Under the pieces are notes generated by a model. That model searched no databases and was not told where the DNA came from. It saw nothing but the letters and a program-made list of their open reading frames with translations. A program made the translations under genes and the position numbers. Below are positions 34,661 to 44,496 of a DNA stretch of 64,000 nt, piece after piece. The DNA comes from an uncultured delta proteobacterium (GTDB lineage Bacteria; Desulfobacterota; Binatia; UBA9968). The DNA lies in NCBI GenBank assembly GCA_963847445.1, contig CAWJZV010000023.1, positions 64,001 to 128,000 of the forward strand. The letters are read 5' to 3'. Each line of letters opens with the position of its first letter. Positions within the stretch are counted from its first letter, which is position 1.

Positions 34661-35219
34661 TTGGGGATATGAGTATCTTGGCCCGGCACCGGATTGGCGA
34701 TGGCTTCGTCCAACGACTTTACGCCGTGCCATTCGTTCGACGGCCGGACATGGCCGTCGCTGCCGACTTGATCGACACCCCAGTAGATTTCCAAGGAGTT
34801 GTTGTCCGGGTCGCGGAACTCGACGGCGATCTGACAGCCGGCGCGGCGCCGTCCTTCAAAGTCGATCTGGGCGCCGTATTGCTGCAGCCGGTCGCGGGCG
34901 CGCAGCACTTCGCCGAGGGTCGGGACTTCGAAGGCGAGGTGATGCAGTTCGCGATGGCGTTCTTGCCGTCGCCCTGGCCGACCAGGGCGAGGCAGTGATG
35001 ATCGCTGTTGCAGCGCAGAAACACCATGCCTCCAGCCATCATCTCTTCGGGATAAACGTCCGAGACCTTGAAGCCGAGAACGTGAGTGTAAAATTGGGTG
35101 GCGCGCTCGAGATCGGCGACTTGCAGCACCACATGGCCGACCTTGGCGATGTGGAACTCCATACCTCTGGGAGGCGCCATGCTTTTGAGTTTCGCTATGT
35201 CGATGGTCATGGATTCCAT
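34657..35219 (-). CDS. VOC family protein, paralog of 30046-30553 (frameshifted)
   Basis: KVGHVVL, DHHCLAL, GRRRAG..FRDPDNNSLEIYW, RPSNEW. Confidence 0.85.
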
Positions 35220-35553
35220 TTCCTCATTCTGAATGAAAATTGCTATAACATGTCCATACCGCTTCTGCACCTCCGGGTGAGGAACCGGCCCGGGCGGCGA
35301 TTGGCCGGCGCTTGGCGCGTGGCCGCATGGAGTGAGGAAACATAATTCTTACTGGAACGCTCAGGACGTTCCGCTCTTTGGGAAAATCGGTTCGGGGGGA
35401 TTTAACCTGCGTGCGCATAAGAAAATCCTCTCTTCCTGCCTTTTCCAAAGGGGGACCAAGCGGATCAATTTTTCTGGTGTTCAAGACATTTCTGGTCTAG
35501 GACACTAGCTGCGATAGATCGATCGACTATCGGTATAGTGAGAGCGTTGGTTT

Positions 35554-37332
35554 ATGCGGCGTGAAACTGACAAGCGAAAATCAGCCGATGTGGACGCCTT
35601 CACGGCGGAGGTGATCCGCAGTTCAGTGGTGGCGATCACCGATGAGATGAAGACCAATCTCATGCGCACCGCCTACAATATGATCATCTACGAGGCGGAG
35701 GATTTTACCGTCGGGCTGTTCGACGCCGACGGCAACACGATCTCCATCGGTCTCGGGCTGCCGATGTTCATTCGCGGCCTGTCGGATGCGATCAAGGCCA
35801 AGCTCGCGCATTGGGGCAAGGAAAATATTCATCCAGGCGATATTTTGCTGACCAACGATCCCCAGGTGATGGGCAGCCACTTGAACCACATGATCTTCTC
35901 GCTGCCGATCTTTCACGACGGCGCGCTGATCGCTTTCTCTTCGTCCATGGGCCATTGGCAGGACGTCGGCGGCGTGCTCGGCGCGGTGACCCGGGATATT
36001 TTTTCCGAGGGGTTGCAGATGCCCTTCGTGAAAATCTTCAAAGCCGGCAAGCAAGATATGGAGCTGACGGAGATCATTCGCAGCAATTGCCGCCTGCCGC
36101 ACTTCGCCATGGGCGACTTTCGCGCCCAGATCGCCGCGATCCGCACCGGCGAGCGGCGGTTGACCCGGCTGATCGAGCGCTACGGCGCTGCGACGTTTAA
36201 GCAGAGCATCGAGCTGATCTTCGATCAAAGCGAAAAACTCGCGCGCGCCGCGGTGGAGAAAATTCCCGACGGCGTCTATGTCGCTGAATCGTTCATGGAC
36301 GACGACGGCGTCAACATCGGCAAGCCTATCCCGATTAAAATTCGCCTCGAAGTAAAAGCCGACGAGATGACCGTCGACCTGAGCGGTGTCAGCCCGCAGG
36401 TGGCTGGGCCGTACAATTCCGGCGCCACCGCGGGGCGTTCCGCTTCGGAAGTGGCTTTCAAATTCCTCACCACGCCGTTGCTGCTGCCGATCAATGAAGG
36501 TTCGTTTCGGCCATTGAAAATCAATTTGCCGCCGGGCCGGGTGGTCAGCGCGACCAAACCGGCGCCGGTGCGCACCTGGATGACCGTGCCGATGACCGTT
36601 GCTGACACGATCTTCAAAGCCTTGGCGCAAGCCTGTCCCGATAACGTCCTAGCCGGTCATCACGCCGACCTAGCCGCGCCGCGCACCTTCGGTCTCGATC
36701 CCAAGAGCGGCCGTTCGTTTCATTTCCCGCCGATGCTGTCAGGCGGCGGTTGGGGCGCGCTGTCCGACACCGACGGCCAGAACGCGACCTTCTGTATCAA
36801 CGACGGCGACACCCATAACACACCGGTGGAAGCGGGCGAGGGGCGCGCGCCGATCTTTGTTTCCTACCGCAAGCTGCGCCAGGACTCGGGCGGGCCGGGA
36901 AAGTTTCGCGGCGGTCTCGGTGTGTCGCAGGAAGTGCGTTTGCTCTCGGCGGGCAGCGTCTTGTCGGCGATGGAGCGGGCGCTCTGTCCGCCCTGGGGAC
37001 TGTATGGCGGCCAGGACGCGCTGGCCAATCGCTTTACCGTCGTTCGCAAAGACGGCGCAGTCGAGCCCATGAAGACCGGCAAGACTCCCGGCATCATTGC
37101 TTTGCAGGAGGGCGACGGTTTTTTGATCGAAGTCGGCGGCGGCGGCGGCTTTTGGAACGCAATGGAACGCAATCCCGCGCGCGTGCTCGCCGACGTGCGC
37201 TCAGGCTATGTATCCGTCGCAGCGGCGCGCGCTGACTATGGCGTGGCGATACGGCAATCGGGTCGTAAATTCGAGTTGGATGTGGCGGCCACAGCGGAGT
37301 TGCGGAGTGGCCGGCGAGGGGAGAAGAGTTAG
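35554..37332 (+). CDS. Hydantoinase B / 5-oxoprolinase family subunit
   Basis: RTAYNMIIYE, PGDILLTNDP..GSHLN, HWQDVGG, NTPVE, DSGGPGKFRGGLG, GGGGGF. Confidence 0.92.
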   Translation: MRRETDKRKSADVDAFTAEVIRSSVVAITDEMKTNLMRTAYNMIIYEAEDFTVGLFDADGNTISIGLGLPMFIRGLSDAIKAKLAHWGKENIHPGDILLTNDPQVMGSHLNHMIFSLPIFHDGALIAFSSSMGHWQDVGGVLGAVTRDIFSEGLQMPFVKIFKAGKQDMELTEIIRSNCRLPHFAMGDFRAQIAAIRTGERRLTRLIERYGAATFKQSIELIFDQSEKLARAAVEKIPDGVYVAESFMDDDGVNIGKPIPIKIRLEVKADEMTVDLSGVSPQVAGPYNSGATAGRSASEVAFKFLTTPLLLPINEGSFRPLKINLPPGRVVSATKPAPVRTWMTVPMTVADTIFKALAQACPDNVLAGHHADLAAPRTFGLDPKSGRSFHFPPMLSGGGWGALSDTDGQNATFCINDGDTHNTPVEAGEGRAPIFVSYRKLRQDSGGPGKFRGGLGVSQEVRLLSAGSVLSAMERALCPPWGLYGGQDALANRFTVVRKDGAVEPMKTGKTPGIIALQEGDGFLIEVGGGGGFWNAMERNPARVLADVRSGYVSVAAARADYGVAIRQSGRKFELDVAATAELRSGRRGEKS

Positions 37333-37349
37333 CCGCAAAGAACGCAAAG

Positions 37350-37503
37350 TAATTCATGTACCAATCGGTACAACACAGCAAATGAAAATGAGCTGCGCCA
37401 CGTTCAAAGCAACGACGGAAAATCCCCCAGTGGCCCCCTTTGCCAAAGGGGGCGGGCCGAAGGACCGGGGGATTTTTGCCTCTAGTCGGCATTTTCATAA
37501 GAG
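37350..37503 (+). mobile_element. 154-bp non-autonomous element (MITE-like), copy 2
   Basis: Identical by eye to 1048-1201; inserted at AACGCAAAG^GGCGCAAAA. Confidence 0.8.
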
Positions 37504-37700
37504 GGCGCAAAAAAGAAATCGGAGTATCTCCCGCAAAGGCGCTAAGGCGCAAAGTTCGGATCGGATTTGTAGGGGCGTATTGAATACGCCCTTGCACGCT
37601 GCGGTGGAGCGCAATCATGAGACGGATACTGCCACTGGTATTTATTTGGTCAATCATGTTTTCGCGCGCGAGCTCGGCCATAAGGAATAAGAAAGGAAAT

Positions 37701-37853
37701 AAATTCGAATATCGAAATCCGAAAGCGGCCCCGCGGACCGAAACAAATTCGAATGATCGGAAAGCACAAAATTCCAAACTGGCTCGTTTCGGATGTTATG
37801 TGTTTTGGGTTTTCGGCGTTTTGAATTGGTTTCGGATTTCGATATTGGGATTT
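37701..37853. repeat. 7-mer periodic long hairpin
   Basis: AAATTCGAATATCGAAATCCGAAA...TTTCGGATTTCGATATTGGGATTT. Confidence 0.7.
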
Positions 37854-37869
37854 TCATTAGGAGCGAGAG

Positions 37870-38715
37870 ATGGTTATGCAGCAGCTCACAAGTAACGTAC
37901 ACATCGAAACCCAGCAGAAGGGCGCCAATCACGGGCTGGTGGCCACTTCGGATGGGCTGGTTCTCATCGACACGCCGCATAAGCCGAGCGATGCGGTGCG
38001 CTTGAGGTCGGAGATCGAGCGGCGCGGCAAGCTGCGTTACATCATCAACACCGAGCCCCATGGCGACCACTGGACCGGTAACGCATTTTTCGATGTTCCG
38101 GTAGTTGCCCACGAAGGGGTGAGGAAGCGCATGCTGGCGGCGAACATGACCGAGCACTTAGCGCGGGTCGCGTCGTTTGGGCCGGAGGAGCCGAAGTTGT
38201 TGGAGAACTACCGGGCCAACGCGCCGGTGATTACCTTTGAGAGCGAGATGAAGCTGCATGTCGGCAATCACACCTTTCGCATGATCCACATGCCCGGCCA
38301 TACGCCCTATCAGGCCGCGGTGATTGTCGAAGAGGAAGGCGTGGTTTTCACCAGCGACAATATTTTCTGCAAAGTGCAGACATGGATTCAAGAAGGCCAA
38401 CCGGATGACTGGCTCAAGTCGCTCGAAGCTTTGCGCGCGCTGCGTGAAGACACCTTCGTTCCCGGACACGGGCCGGTGTGCGATAAAAACTATCTCAAGG
38501 AGCAAGCGGCGTTCATTGAAGAATGGGTGGAATATGTCCGCGGCGCGGTGGGGCGCGGCATGACGAAACAAGAATGCATCGCCAATTTGACCGCATTTGC
38601 GGACCGTTATCCGATGGACGTCGAGCAAGACGGCATGGCGCCGCGGGTGATGCAGTTGAACGTCGCCAATCTCTACGACTACGTGACAGGGACGGGAATC
38701 CACGCTCGTGGGTGA
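37870..38715 (+). CDS. MBL-fold metallo-hydrolase (cyclase-like)
   Basis: NTEPHGDHWTGN (E replaces the first His of HxHxDH), PGHT, SD, PGHG. Confidence 0.88.
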   Translation: MVMQQLTSNVHIETQQKGANHGLVATSDGLVLIDTPHKPSDAVRLRSEIERRGKLRYIINTEPHGDHWTGNAFFDVPVVAHEGVRKRMLAANMTEHLARVASFGPEEPKLLENYRANAPVITFESEMKLHVGNHTFRMIHMPGHTPYQAAVIVEEEGVVFTSDNIFCKVQTWIQEGQPDDWLKSLEALRALREDTFVPGHGPVCDKNYLKEQAAFIEEWVEYVRGAVGRGMTKQECIANLTAFADRYPMDVEQDGMAPRVMQLNVANLYDYVTGTGIHARG

Positions 38716-38765
38716 GAGAGATCAGAGGCCAGCGGTCAGAAGTCAGCTTAGAATCGAGGAGAGCC

Positions 38766-39761
38766 GTGAATTTTAAATGTCTGGTCTCGGTGTTGGCGAG
38801 TTTGGTTATATCGATAGCATCGTTCGCCGCTGCGCAGCAGCCGAAGAAGGTCACTCTTGTAGGGTATGTGTCGTCGGGCGATGCAGCTGGTGATACCAAC
38901 CGAGTCGAGGTCATTCGAATGGCTCTGCGCGAGCGCGGCCACATAGAAGGCCAGAACATCGCCTTCGAGTACCGATACGGGGATGGGAAGGTCGAGCGGG
39001 GTGCCGAGCTTGTTGCCGACCTGATGCGTCTTAAGGTCGATATCATCGTTGTCGCAGGAGGGACCATTACGATCCAGGCGGCCAAGAATGCGACCAAGAC
39101 GATTCCCATCGTTATGTTGGCGCGCGGTTCCGATCCTGTGGAGGCGGGCCTGGTTGCAAGCCTTGCCCGCCCTGGCGGCAACGTCACCGGCCTCACTCTC
39201 CTTTCCCGAGAACTAGGCGGGAAGCGGCTGGAGCTGCTCAAAGAAGCCGTTCCCAAAATTTCCCGGGTCGCGGTTTTTTACGACCCGGCCTTCCGGCCCA
39301 GTGTCATCGACGTGAAAGACGTTCTCCCGGTGGCGGCGCGCGCGCTGGGGTTGAGTCTTCAGCCTTGGGAGATCCGCAGTGCGGACGATTTCGACCGGGT
39401 GTTTGCTGCGATGGGCAAGCAGCGCCCGGACGGACTCTATGTACCCGCCGCGGGGTCGCTCATACGTTCTAACCAGAAACGGATCGCGGGCCTTGCGCTA
39501 AAGAGCCGATTGCCATCAGTGTACGACGACAGAGAAGCTGTAGATGCCGGCGGGCTCATGTACTACGGTGCGGACCAGGCGGAGAGTTACCGGCGCGTCG
39601 CGTATTACGTGGACAGAATCTTGAAGGGAACCAAGCCCGCCGATTTGCCTGTGGAGCAGCCGATGAAGTTTGAGTTGGTGATCAACCTCAAGACCGCCAA
39701 GCAGATCGGCCTAACGATACCGCCCGAGGTGTTGGCACGGGCGAGCAAAATCATTCGGTGA
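38766..39761 (+). CDS. ABC transporter substrate-binding protein (COG2984 type)
   Basis: ATKTIPIVM, SLARPGGNVTG, KRLELLKE, GLMYYG, PVEQPMKFELVINLKTAK. Confidence 0.92.
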   Translation: MNFKCLVSVLASLVISIASFAAAQQPKKVTLVGYVSSGDAAGDTNRVEVIRMALRERGHIEGQNIAFEYRYGDGKVERGAELVADLMRLKVDIIVVAGGTITIQAAKNATKTIPIVMLARGSDPVEAGLVASLARPGGNVTGLTLLSRELGGKRLELLKEAVPKISRVAVFYDPAFRPSVIDVKDVLPVAARALGLSLQPWEIRSADDFDRVFAAMGKQRPDGLYVPAAGSLIRSNQKRIAGLALKSRLPSVYDDREAVDAGGLMYYGADQAESYRRVAYYVDRILKGTKPADLPVEQPMKFELVINLKTAKQIGLTIPPEVLARASKIIR

Positions 39762-39870
39762 AGAGGGTGGGCGTAACAGGCGGCGACGAGAGAGGGATGT
39801 GACGCCAATAAAAATAGGTTACAAACGCGCATTCCTAATATATGAATTACCCGATCGTGAGGTGCATCCC

Positions 39871-40863
39871 ATGAATATTTCCACAGGATGGCAAGTATTG
39901 CTGAAAAGCTTCGCTGTGATTATTCTTGGCGCGCGGTTTTTTACCGGGCCCGCGTCCGCCGCTGAGTCGAACCGATTCCTCGTCAGCTACGGCGGCACCG
40001 CCGGCTATCAATTGCCGTTGTGGGTCAATCGGGAGTTGGGGTTCAGCAAGAAGCATGGCGTCGATCTGGAGACGATTTTGATCCAAGCCGGCTCGCCCAA
40101 CATCCAGGCGCTGGTCGGCGGCAGCTTGCAACTGACGCAGACGGCGGCTTCTTCGGCGGTGATCGGCGCGAACCAGGGGGCGCCGGTGGTGATCGTCGCG
40201 ACTTTGGAAAATAAGTTGCCGATGCTGTTGGTCTCGCGCCCCGAGATCAAGGAACCGCAGCAGCTGCGCGGCAAAGTGATCGGCATCAATCGCTTCGGCG
40301 GCTCCAACGACGCGGCGGTGCTGATGGCGATCAAAGCGTGGAAAATGGATCCCAAGGATATTTCCATGTTGCAGACCGGCGGCACCTCGGCGCGCATGGC
40401 GGCGCTGCTCACCAAGAAGGTCGATGCGACGGTGCAGTCCTATCCCGAGATCTATCAGGCGCGTAAGCTCGGCATGAACGTGCTCGCCGACATCGGCGAC
40501 TTCGGTTTTTTCACCAACACTTCGAATATCGTCACGCGCGCCGAGTTGCAGCAAAACCGTGGGGCGATCAAGGGCTTCCTCAAGGGGCAGATCGAGGGCA
40601 TGCACTACGTCAAGACCAACAAAGAGGGCAGTCTGAGAATTCTCCGTAAATACTTGCAGATCACCGACGCCGAGGCGGTGGAGGGAACCTACAAATTTTT
40701 CGCCGACCGCCTGGCGCGCTCGCCGCGCACGGAACTGGAAGGGATCAAGAATATTCTCCTCTCGATCAACGCCGGGCAAAGAAACCCAACCGAGTTCGTC
40801 GACATGAGCTTGCTCGACGAAATTGAAAAGGAAGGGTTCGTGCAGAAGCTGTACGGGCAGTGA
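39871..40863 (+). CDS. NitT/TauT (SsuA/THI5-like) substrate-binding protein
   Basis: Signal peptide; GFSKKHGVD, LRGKVIGINRFG, DMSLLDEIEKEGF. Confidence 0.88.
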   Translation: MNISTGWQVLLKSFAVIILGARFFTGPASAAESNRFLVSYGGTAGYQLPLWVNRELGFSKKHGVDLETILIQAGSPNIQALVGGSLQLTQTAASSAVIGANQGAPVVIVATLENKLPMLLVSRPEIKEPQQLRGKVIGINRFGGSNDAAVLMAIKAWKMDPKDISMLQTGGTSARMAALLTKKVDATVQSYPEIYQARKLGMNVLADIGDFGFFTNTSNIVTRAELQQNRGAIKGFLKGQIEGMHYVKTNKEGSLRILRKYLQITDAEAVEGTYKFFADRLARSPRTELEGIKNILLSINAGQRNPTEFVDMSLLDEIEKEGFVQKLYGQ

Positions 40864-40890
40864 AGATCGGCGGGAATGGGCGAATTTGTT

Positions 40891-40950
40891 GTAGGGGCGG
40901 ACCTACTGTGTCCGCCCGGTCGGACGGGCGACCACCAGGGTCGCCCCTAC
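40891..40950. repeat. GTAG-type REP inverted doublet (REPIN-like)
   Basis: GTAGGGGCGGAC...GTCCGCCC and GGGCGACC...GGTCGCCCCTAC; single GTAGGGGCG units also near 37569, 42072, 43466 and 50864. Confidence 0.75.
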
Positions 40951-40984
40951 GGTTGCATTCGAAACCGGGAGGAATGGGGTAATC

Positions 40985-41974
40985 ATGTCAGCGAAACTCA
41001 AACTTTCGGTCGCCTGCGGCGATTACGAGATCATCCGCGCGCTCAAAGACGGCACGGTGCAGGCGGACGGCCTTGAGCTGGTGGTCTTGACCAGCCATGG
41101 TCCGCGGGAGCGCCACTGGCGCATGGCGCGCAATCTCGAATACGATGTCTGCGAGTTCAACGTCGGCGCTTATTTCATGGCGCGCGAGCATGGCGTGGCG
41201 GTGACCAGCATCCCGGTGTTTCTGCACCGGCGATTTCGCCATGGGTTTGCTTTTGTCAACGTCAACGCCGGTATCAAGTCGCCCAAGGACTTGATCGGCA
41301 AAAGAGTCGGTGGCACCAACTTTCAACCGGCCGGCAATATCTGGCTGCGCGGCATCCTCGAAGAGCAGTACGGCGTGCCGCATCAGTCGATCACCTGGGT
41401 GGTCGATCGCAGCGAGGACGTCGAGTTCACGCCGCCGCCGGGGTTGAAGATCGAGATGATCCCGGCGGGAAAACATATGGACACGATGCTCGCCGAGGGC
41501 GAGATCCCGGCGATGATCAATCCCTATATTCCCCGGCCCATCGTCAATGGCGACCCGCGGGTATCCTATTTGTTTCCCAACTACAAAGACGTCGAGCGCG
41601 AGTACTTTCAGCAAACCGGGATCTTCCCGATCATGCATGTGACCGTGATCAAGCAGGAGATCGTCGACAAATATCCCTGGGCGGCGGTCAGTTTGGCGAA
41701 GGCTTTCGAGAAGGCGAAACAGCTTTGCTATCAGCGCGTCGTCAACCCGCGCATCGTGCCGTTGGCCTGGTTCGCTCATCAATGGCAGGAAGAACGCAAA
41801 GTCCTGGGCGCCGATCCCTGGGTTTATGGCTTGGGCGAAGCGAATCGTAAAAATCTCCAAACGATAATTCGTTATTGTCACAACCAGGGGCTGATCAAGC
41901 GAGAGATGACCGTCGACGAATTGTTCTTCGACACCGATCCCGGCGACGCCGGCGGCGATGAAGGGCATTATTGA
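40985..41974 (+). CDS. 4,5-dihydroxyphthalate decarboxylase-like (Pht5/OphC) binding-protein-fold protein
   Basis: LSVACGDY, PVFLHRRFRH, WLRGILEEQYGV, TGIFPIMH, DPWVYGL; no signal peptide. Confidence 0.8.
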   Translation: MSAKLKLSVACGDYEIIRALKDGTVQADGLELVVLTSHGPRERHWRMARNLEYDVCEFNVGAYFMAREHGVAVTSIPVFLHRRFRHGFAFVNVNAGIKSPKDLIGKRVGGTNFQPAGNIWLRGILEEQYGVPHQSITWVVDRSEDVEFTPPPGLKIEMIPAGKHMDTMLAEGEIPAMINPYIPRPIVNGDPRVSYLFPNYKDVEREYFQQTGIFPIMHVTVIKQEIVDKYPWAAVSLAKAFEKAKQLCYQRVVNPRIVPLAWFAHQWQEERKVLGADPWVYGLGEANRKNLQTIIRYCHNQGLIKREMTVDELFFDTDPGDAGGDEGHY

Positions 41975-41984
41975 GGAGAGTCTT

Positions 41985-42335
41985 CACCACGAAGGCCTAG
42001 CGCTGCGAAGCCGCAACCGAAAAGAAGAATGGCCGCAAAGAACGCAAAAAGCGCAAAAAGAATCGGCAGTCGTAGGGGCGGGTTTGTAACCCGCCCTCTT
42101 GGCTTTGGCGCATCGAGAGATTTGCGCAAGCCGCGCAAATTATCACGGATAGTAGTACGAAGGACACGAAGGTTTCGTAGGGTGCGCTGCACGCACCAGT
42201 CAGTCTCGGATTTTCTCTCGCAAAGGCGCAAAGACGCTAAGGTCGGAAAGTCATGGCGAAGAATTTCTCCAAGATAATTAATCTCTCCCCTCCGAACTTT
42301 GCGAGCTTAGCGCCTTTGCGAGAGGACTCCGAGTT
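41985..42335. repeat. Composite: 160-bp CTAGCGC element (41997-42156) inside a 9-mer host, plus a second CGCAAAG hairpin
   Basis: Removing 41997-42156 restores CACCACGAAGGCACGAAGGACACGAAGG, the exact reverse complement of 25718-25745. Confidence 0.8.
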
Positions 42336-42376
42336 CTGACCGAAGAGACGCCAACGCTAGCGGATAGGAGAAAAGT

Positions 42377-43401
42377 ATGACCACCTTTTCATTTCGGAAA
42401 CGAAAAATCCTCGGCATGGCGGTGTGCCTGGCGTTGGTTTTCACCGCGCGAACCGTCGGGCGCGGCTGAAGGGCTTGCAAAAGCTTCGCGTCGCTTACGC
42501 CGCCATCACCGCGGCCTTTGCGCTGCCGTGGATGGCTAAAGAAGCGGGCATCTTTCAGCGCCACGGTTTGGATGTCGAGTTGGTTTATATCGCGTCGGGG
42601 GCGCGCGCGGTACAGACTCTGGTGGGTGGTAGCGTCGACGTTGCCGAGATCGGCGGGCCGGCGGGGGTCGATGCCAGGCTGGCCGGTGCCGATACGATCT
42701 ATGTTGCTTTGCCGGTCACTCGGGTTTTGGTCTTCACGGTGGCGGCACCGCAGATTCAGAAAATTGAAGAGATGCGCGGCAAGACCATTGGCGTGACGCG
42801 CATCGGCACGGTGACCGACTTTTTCACGCGCTTGTACCTGCGCCAGAACAATCTCGTGCCGGACAAGGATGTCATGATCCGCCAGGCCGGCGGACTGCCT
42901 GAGATCGTCGCCGCACTCAAGGCCGGACAGGTCGAAGGCGGCACATTCGGCTTTCCCGCGGTGTTGCACGCTCGGGCAGCCGGGTTTCGCGTCTTGGTCG
43001 ATTACAATACGGCGGGATATCGCTATCCGCTATCGTCGGTGATCGTGACTCAAAGGCTATTGCGCAGCAATGAATCGGCGGTTCGCCGCTTACTCGAAGC
43101 GCATATCGAAGCGGCGCATCGATTTAAAACCGACGCCAATTTCGCCATGAACGTGATCGGCAAATATACCCAGACCAGCGAGCGGGCGATGTTGGAGGAA
43201 ACCCATCGAGTCTATGCCGCGGCCTTCGAACGGGTTCCCTATCCCGACCTGGAAGCGATGAAGCTCGGTATCACCCAGGTGAGCGAAACCAACCCAAAAG
43301 TGCGCGCTGTCGACCCGCGCGAGTTCGTCGATGGCCGGTTGCTGCGCGAGATCGAGGCGAGCGGCTTCGTCAAGCGGCTGTATGGCGAGACGGGAAAGTA
43401 G
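42377..43401 (+). CDS. NitT/TauT substrate-binding protein (frameshift near the signal peptide)
   Basis: RBS AGGAG; GIFQRHGLDVELVYI, MRGKTIGVTRIG, LREIEASGF. Confidence 0.85.
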
Positions 43402-43563
43402 ATCTAAATGAAGAATCGGATTATCTCCCGCAAAGGCGCAAAGACGCAAAGTTCGGAATGCATTCGTAGGGGCGTATTGCATACGCCCTTGTTCGAAGCG
43501 CGGTGATGAAAAGGTTTTTGTTAGACAGTTTCGGCTAGGTACGACATATCGGAGGATTGCACC

Positions 43564-44496
43564 ATGATCATTGATACTCACTTTCACGCCTTTCCCGGAA
43601 AGTTTCTCGAGCTGATGCCGGAGGCGAAGAATGACGTTCGGGGCGTCGGTTTCCATGCTTTCGATCATCAGGAATATCTCAATGTCATGGACAAGTACGG
43701 AATCGATATGGGCGTGTTGTCGAACACCGGCGGCAGGATCGAGAAAGGCGGCGATCGCGCCAAGGCGTTGGAGCTGTGCAGGGTCTTGAACGATGGGTTC
43801 GCCGAAGCCCACGCCAAATATCCGCAGCGCTTTTTGGCGTTCGCGCGATTGCCGATGCTCGATATGCAGGATTGTGTGCGCGAGTTGGAGCGCTGCTACA
43901 AAGATCTCAAGATGCATGGCGTGATGATGCCGACCAATGTCGCCGGCAAGTATATCGACGAACCGGAGTTCAAACCGTTTTGGGACGCGCTGGCCGCCGG
44001 CGGCAAGCCGTTGTTTCTCCATCCGGCCAACGCACCGTGCCAGGCCAATTGGGACAAGTACTCGCTGCACCAGAAAATCCTCTGGCCGACCGACAGCACG
44101 CTGGCGTTATCGCGTATCGTCTATGCCGGTATGTTCGACCGCTATCCCAACTTGAAGCTGATCGCATCCCATTTGGGCGCGATGATTCTGTGCTATCTCG
44201 ACCGGCTCAACTGGCGCGAAGGCGATCCGCTGTGCAAGGAGGAGCCGGAAGTCTATTTCAAGAAGATCTTTTACGACACCGCCGGGCCGATCCGCGCGCC
44301 GTTTATAAAACTGGTCTGCGACACGGTGGGCGCAGATCAGATCCTGTTTGGCGCCGACTATCCGCACGGCCGGGAAGGACGCGACGATCAGTTCTACCCG
44401 ATGACTTTGAAAGCGATGGAAGAGCTGGATGTACCGGCGGCGGATAAGGAGAAGATTTATTATTTGAATGCGAAAAAGCTTTTCGGCCTTAACTGA
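43564..44496 (+). CDS. Amidohydrolase 2 family (ACMSD/LigW-like decarboxylase)
   Basis: IDTHFH, LFLHP, SHLGA, FGADYP, NAKKLF. Confidence 0.9.
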   Translation: MIIDTHFHAFPGKFLELMPEAKNDVRGVGFHAFDHQEYLNVMDKYGIDMGVLSNTGGRIEKGGDRAKALELCRVLNDGFAEAHAKYPQRFLAFARLPMLDMQDCVRELERCYKDLKMHGVMMPTNVAGKYIDEPEFKPFWDALAAGGKPLFLHPANAPCQANWDKYSLHQKILWPTDSTLALSRIVYAGMFDRYPNLKLIASHLGAMILCYLDRLNWREGDPLCKEEPEVYFKKIFYDTAGPIRAPFIKLVCDTVGADQILFGADYPHGREGRDDQFYPMTLKAMEELDVPAADKEKIYYLNAKKLFGLN

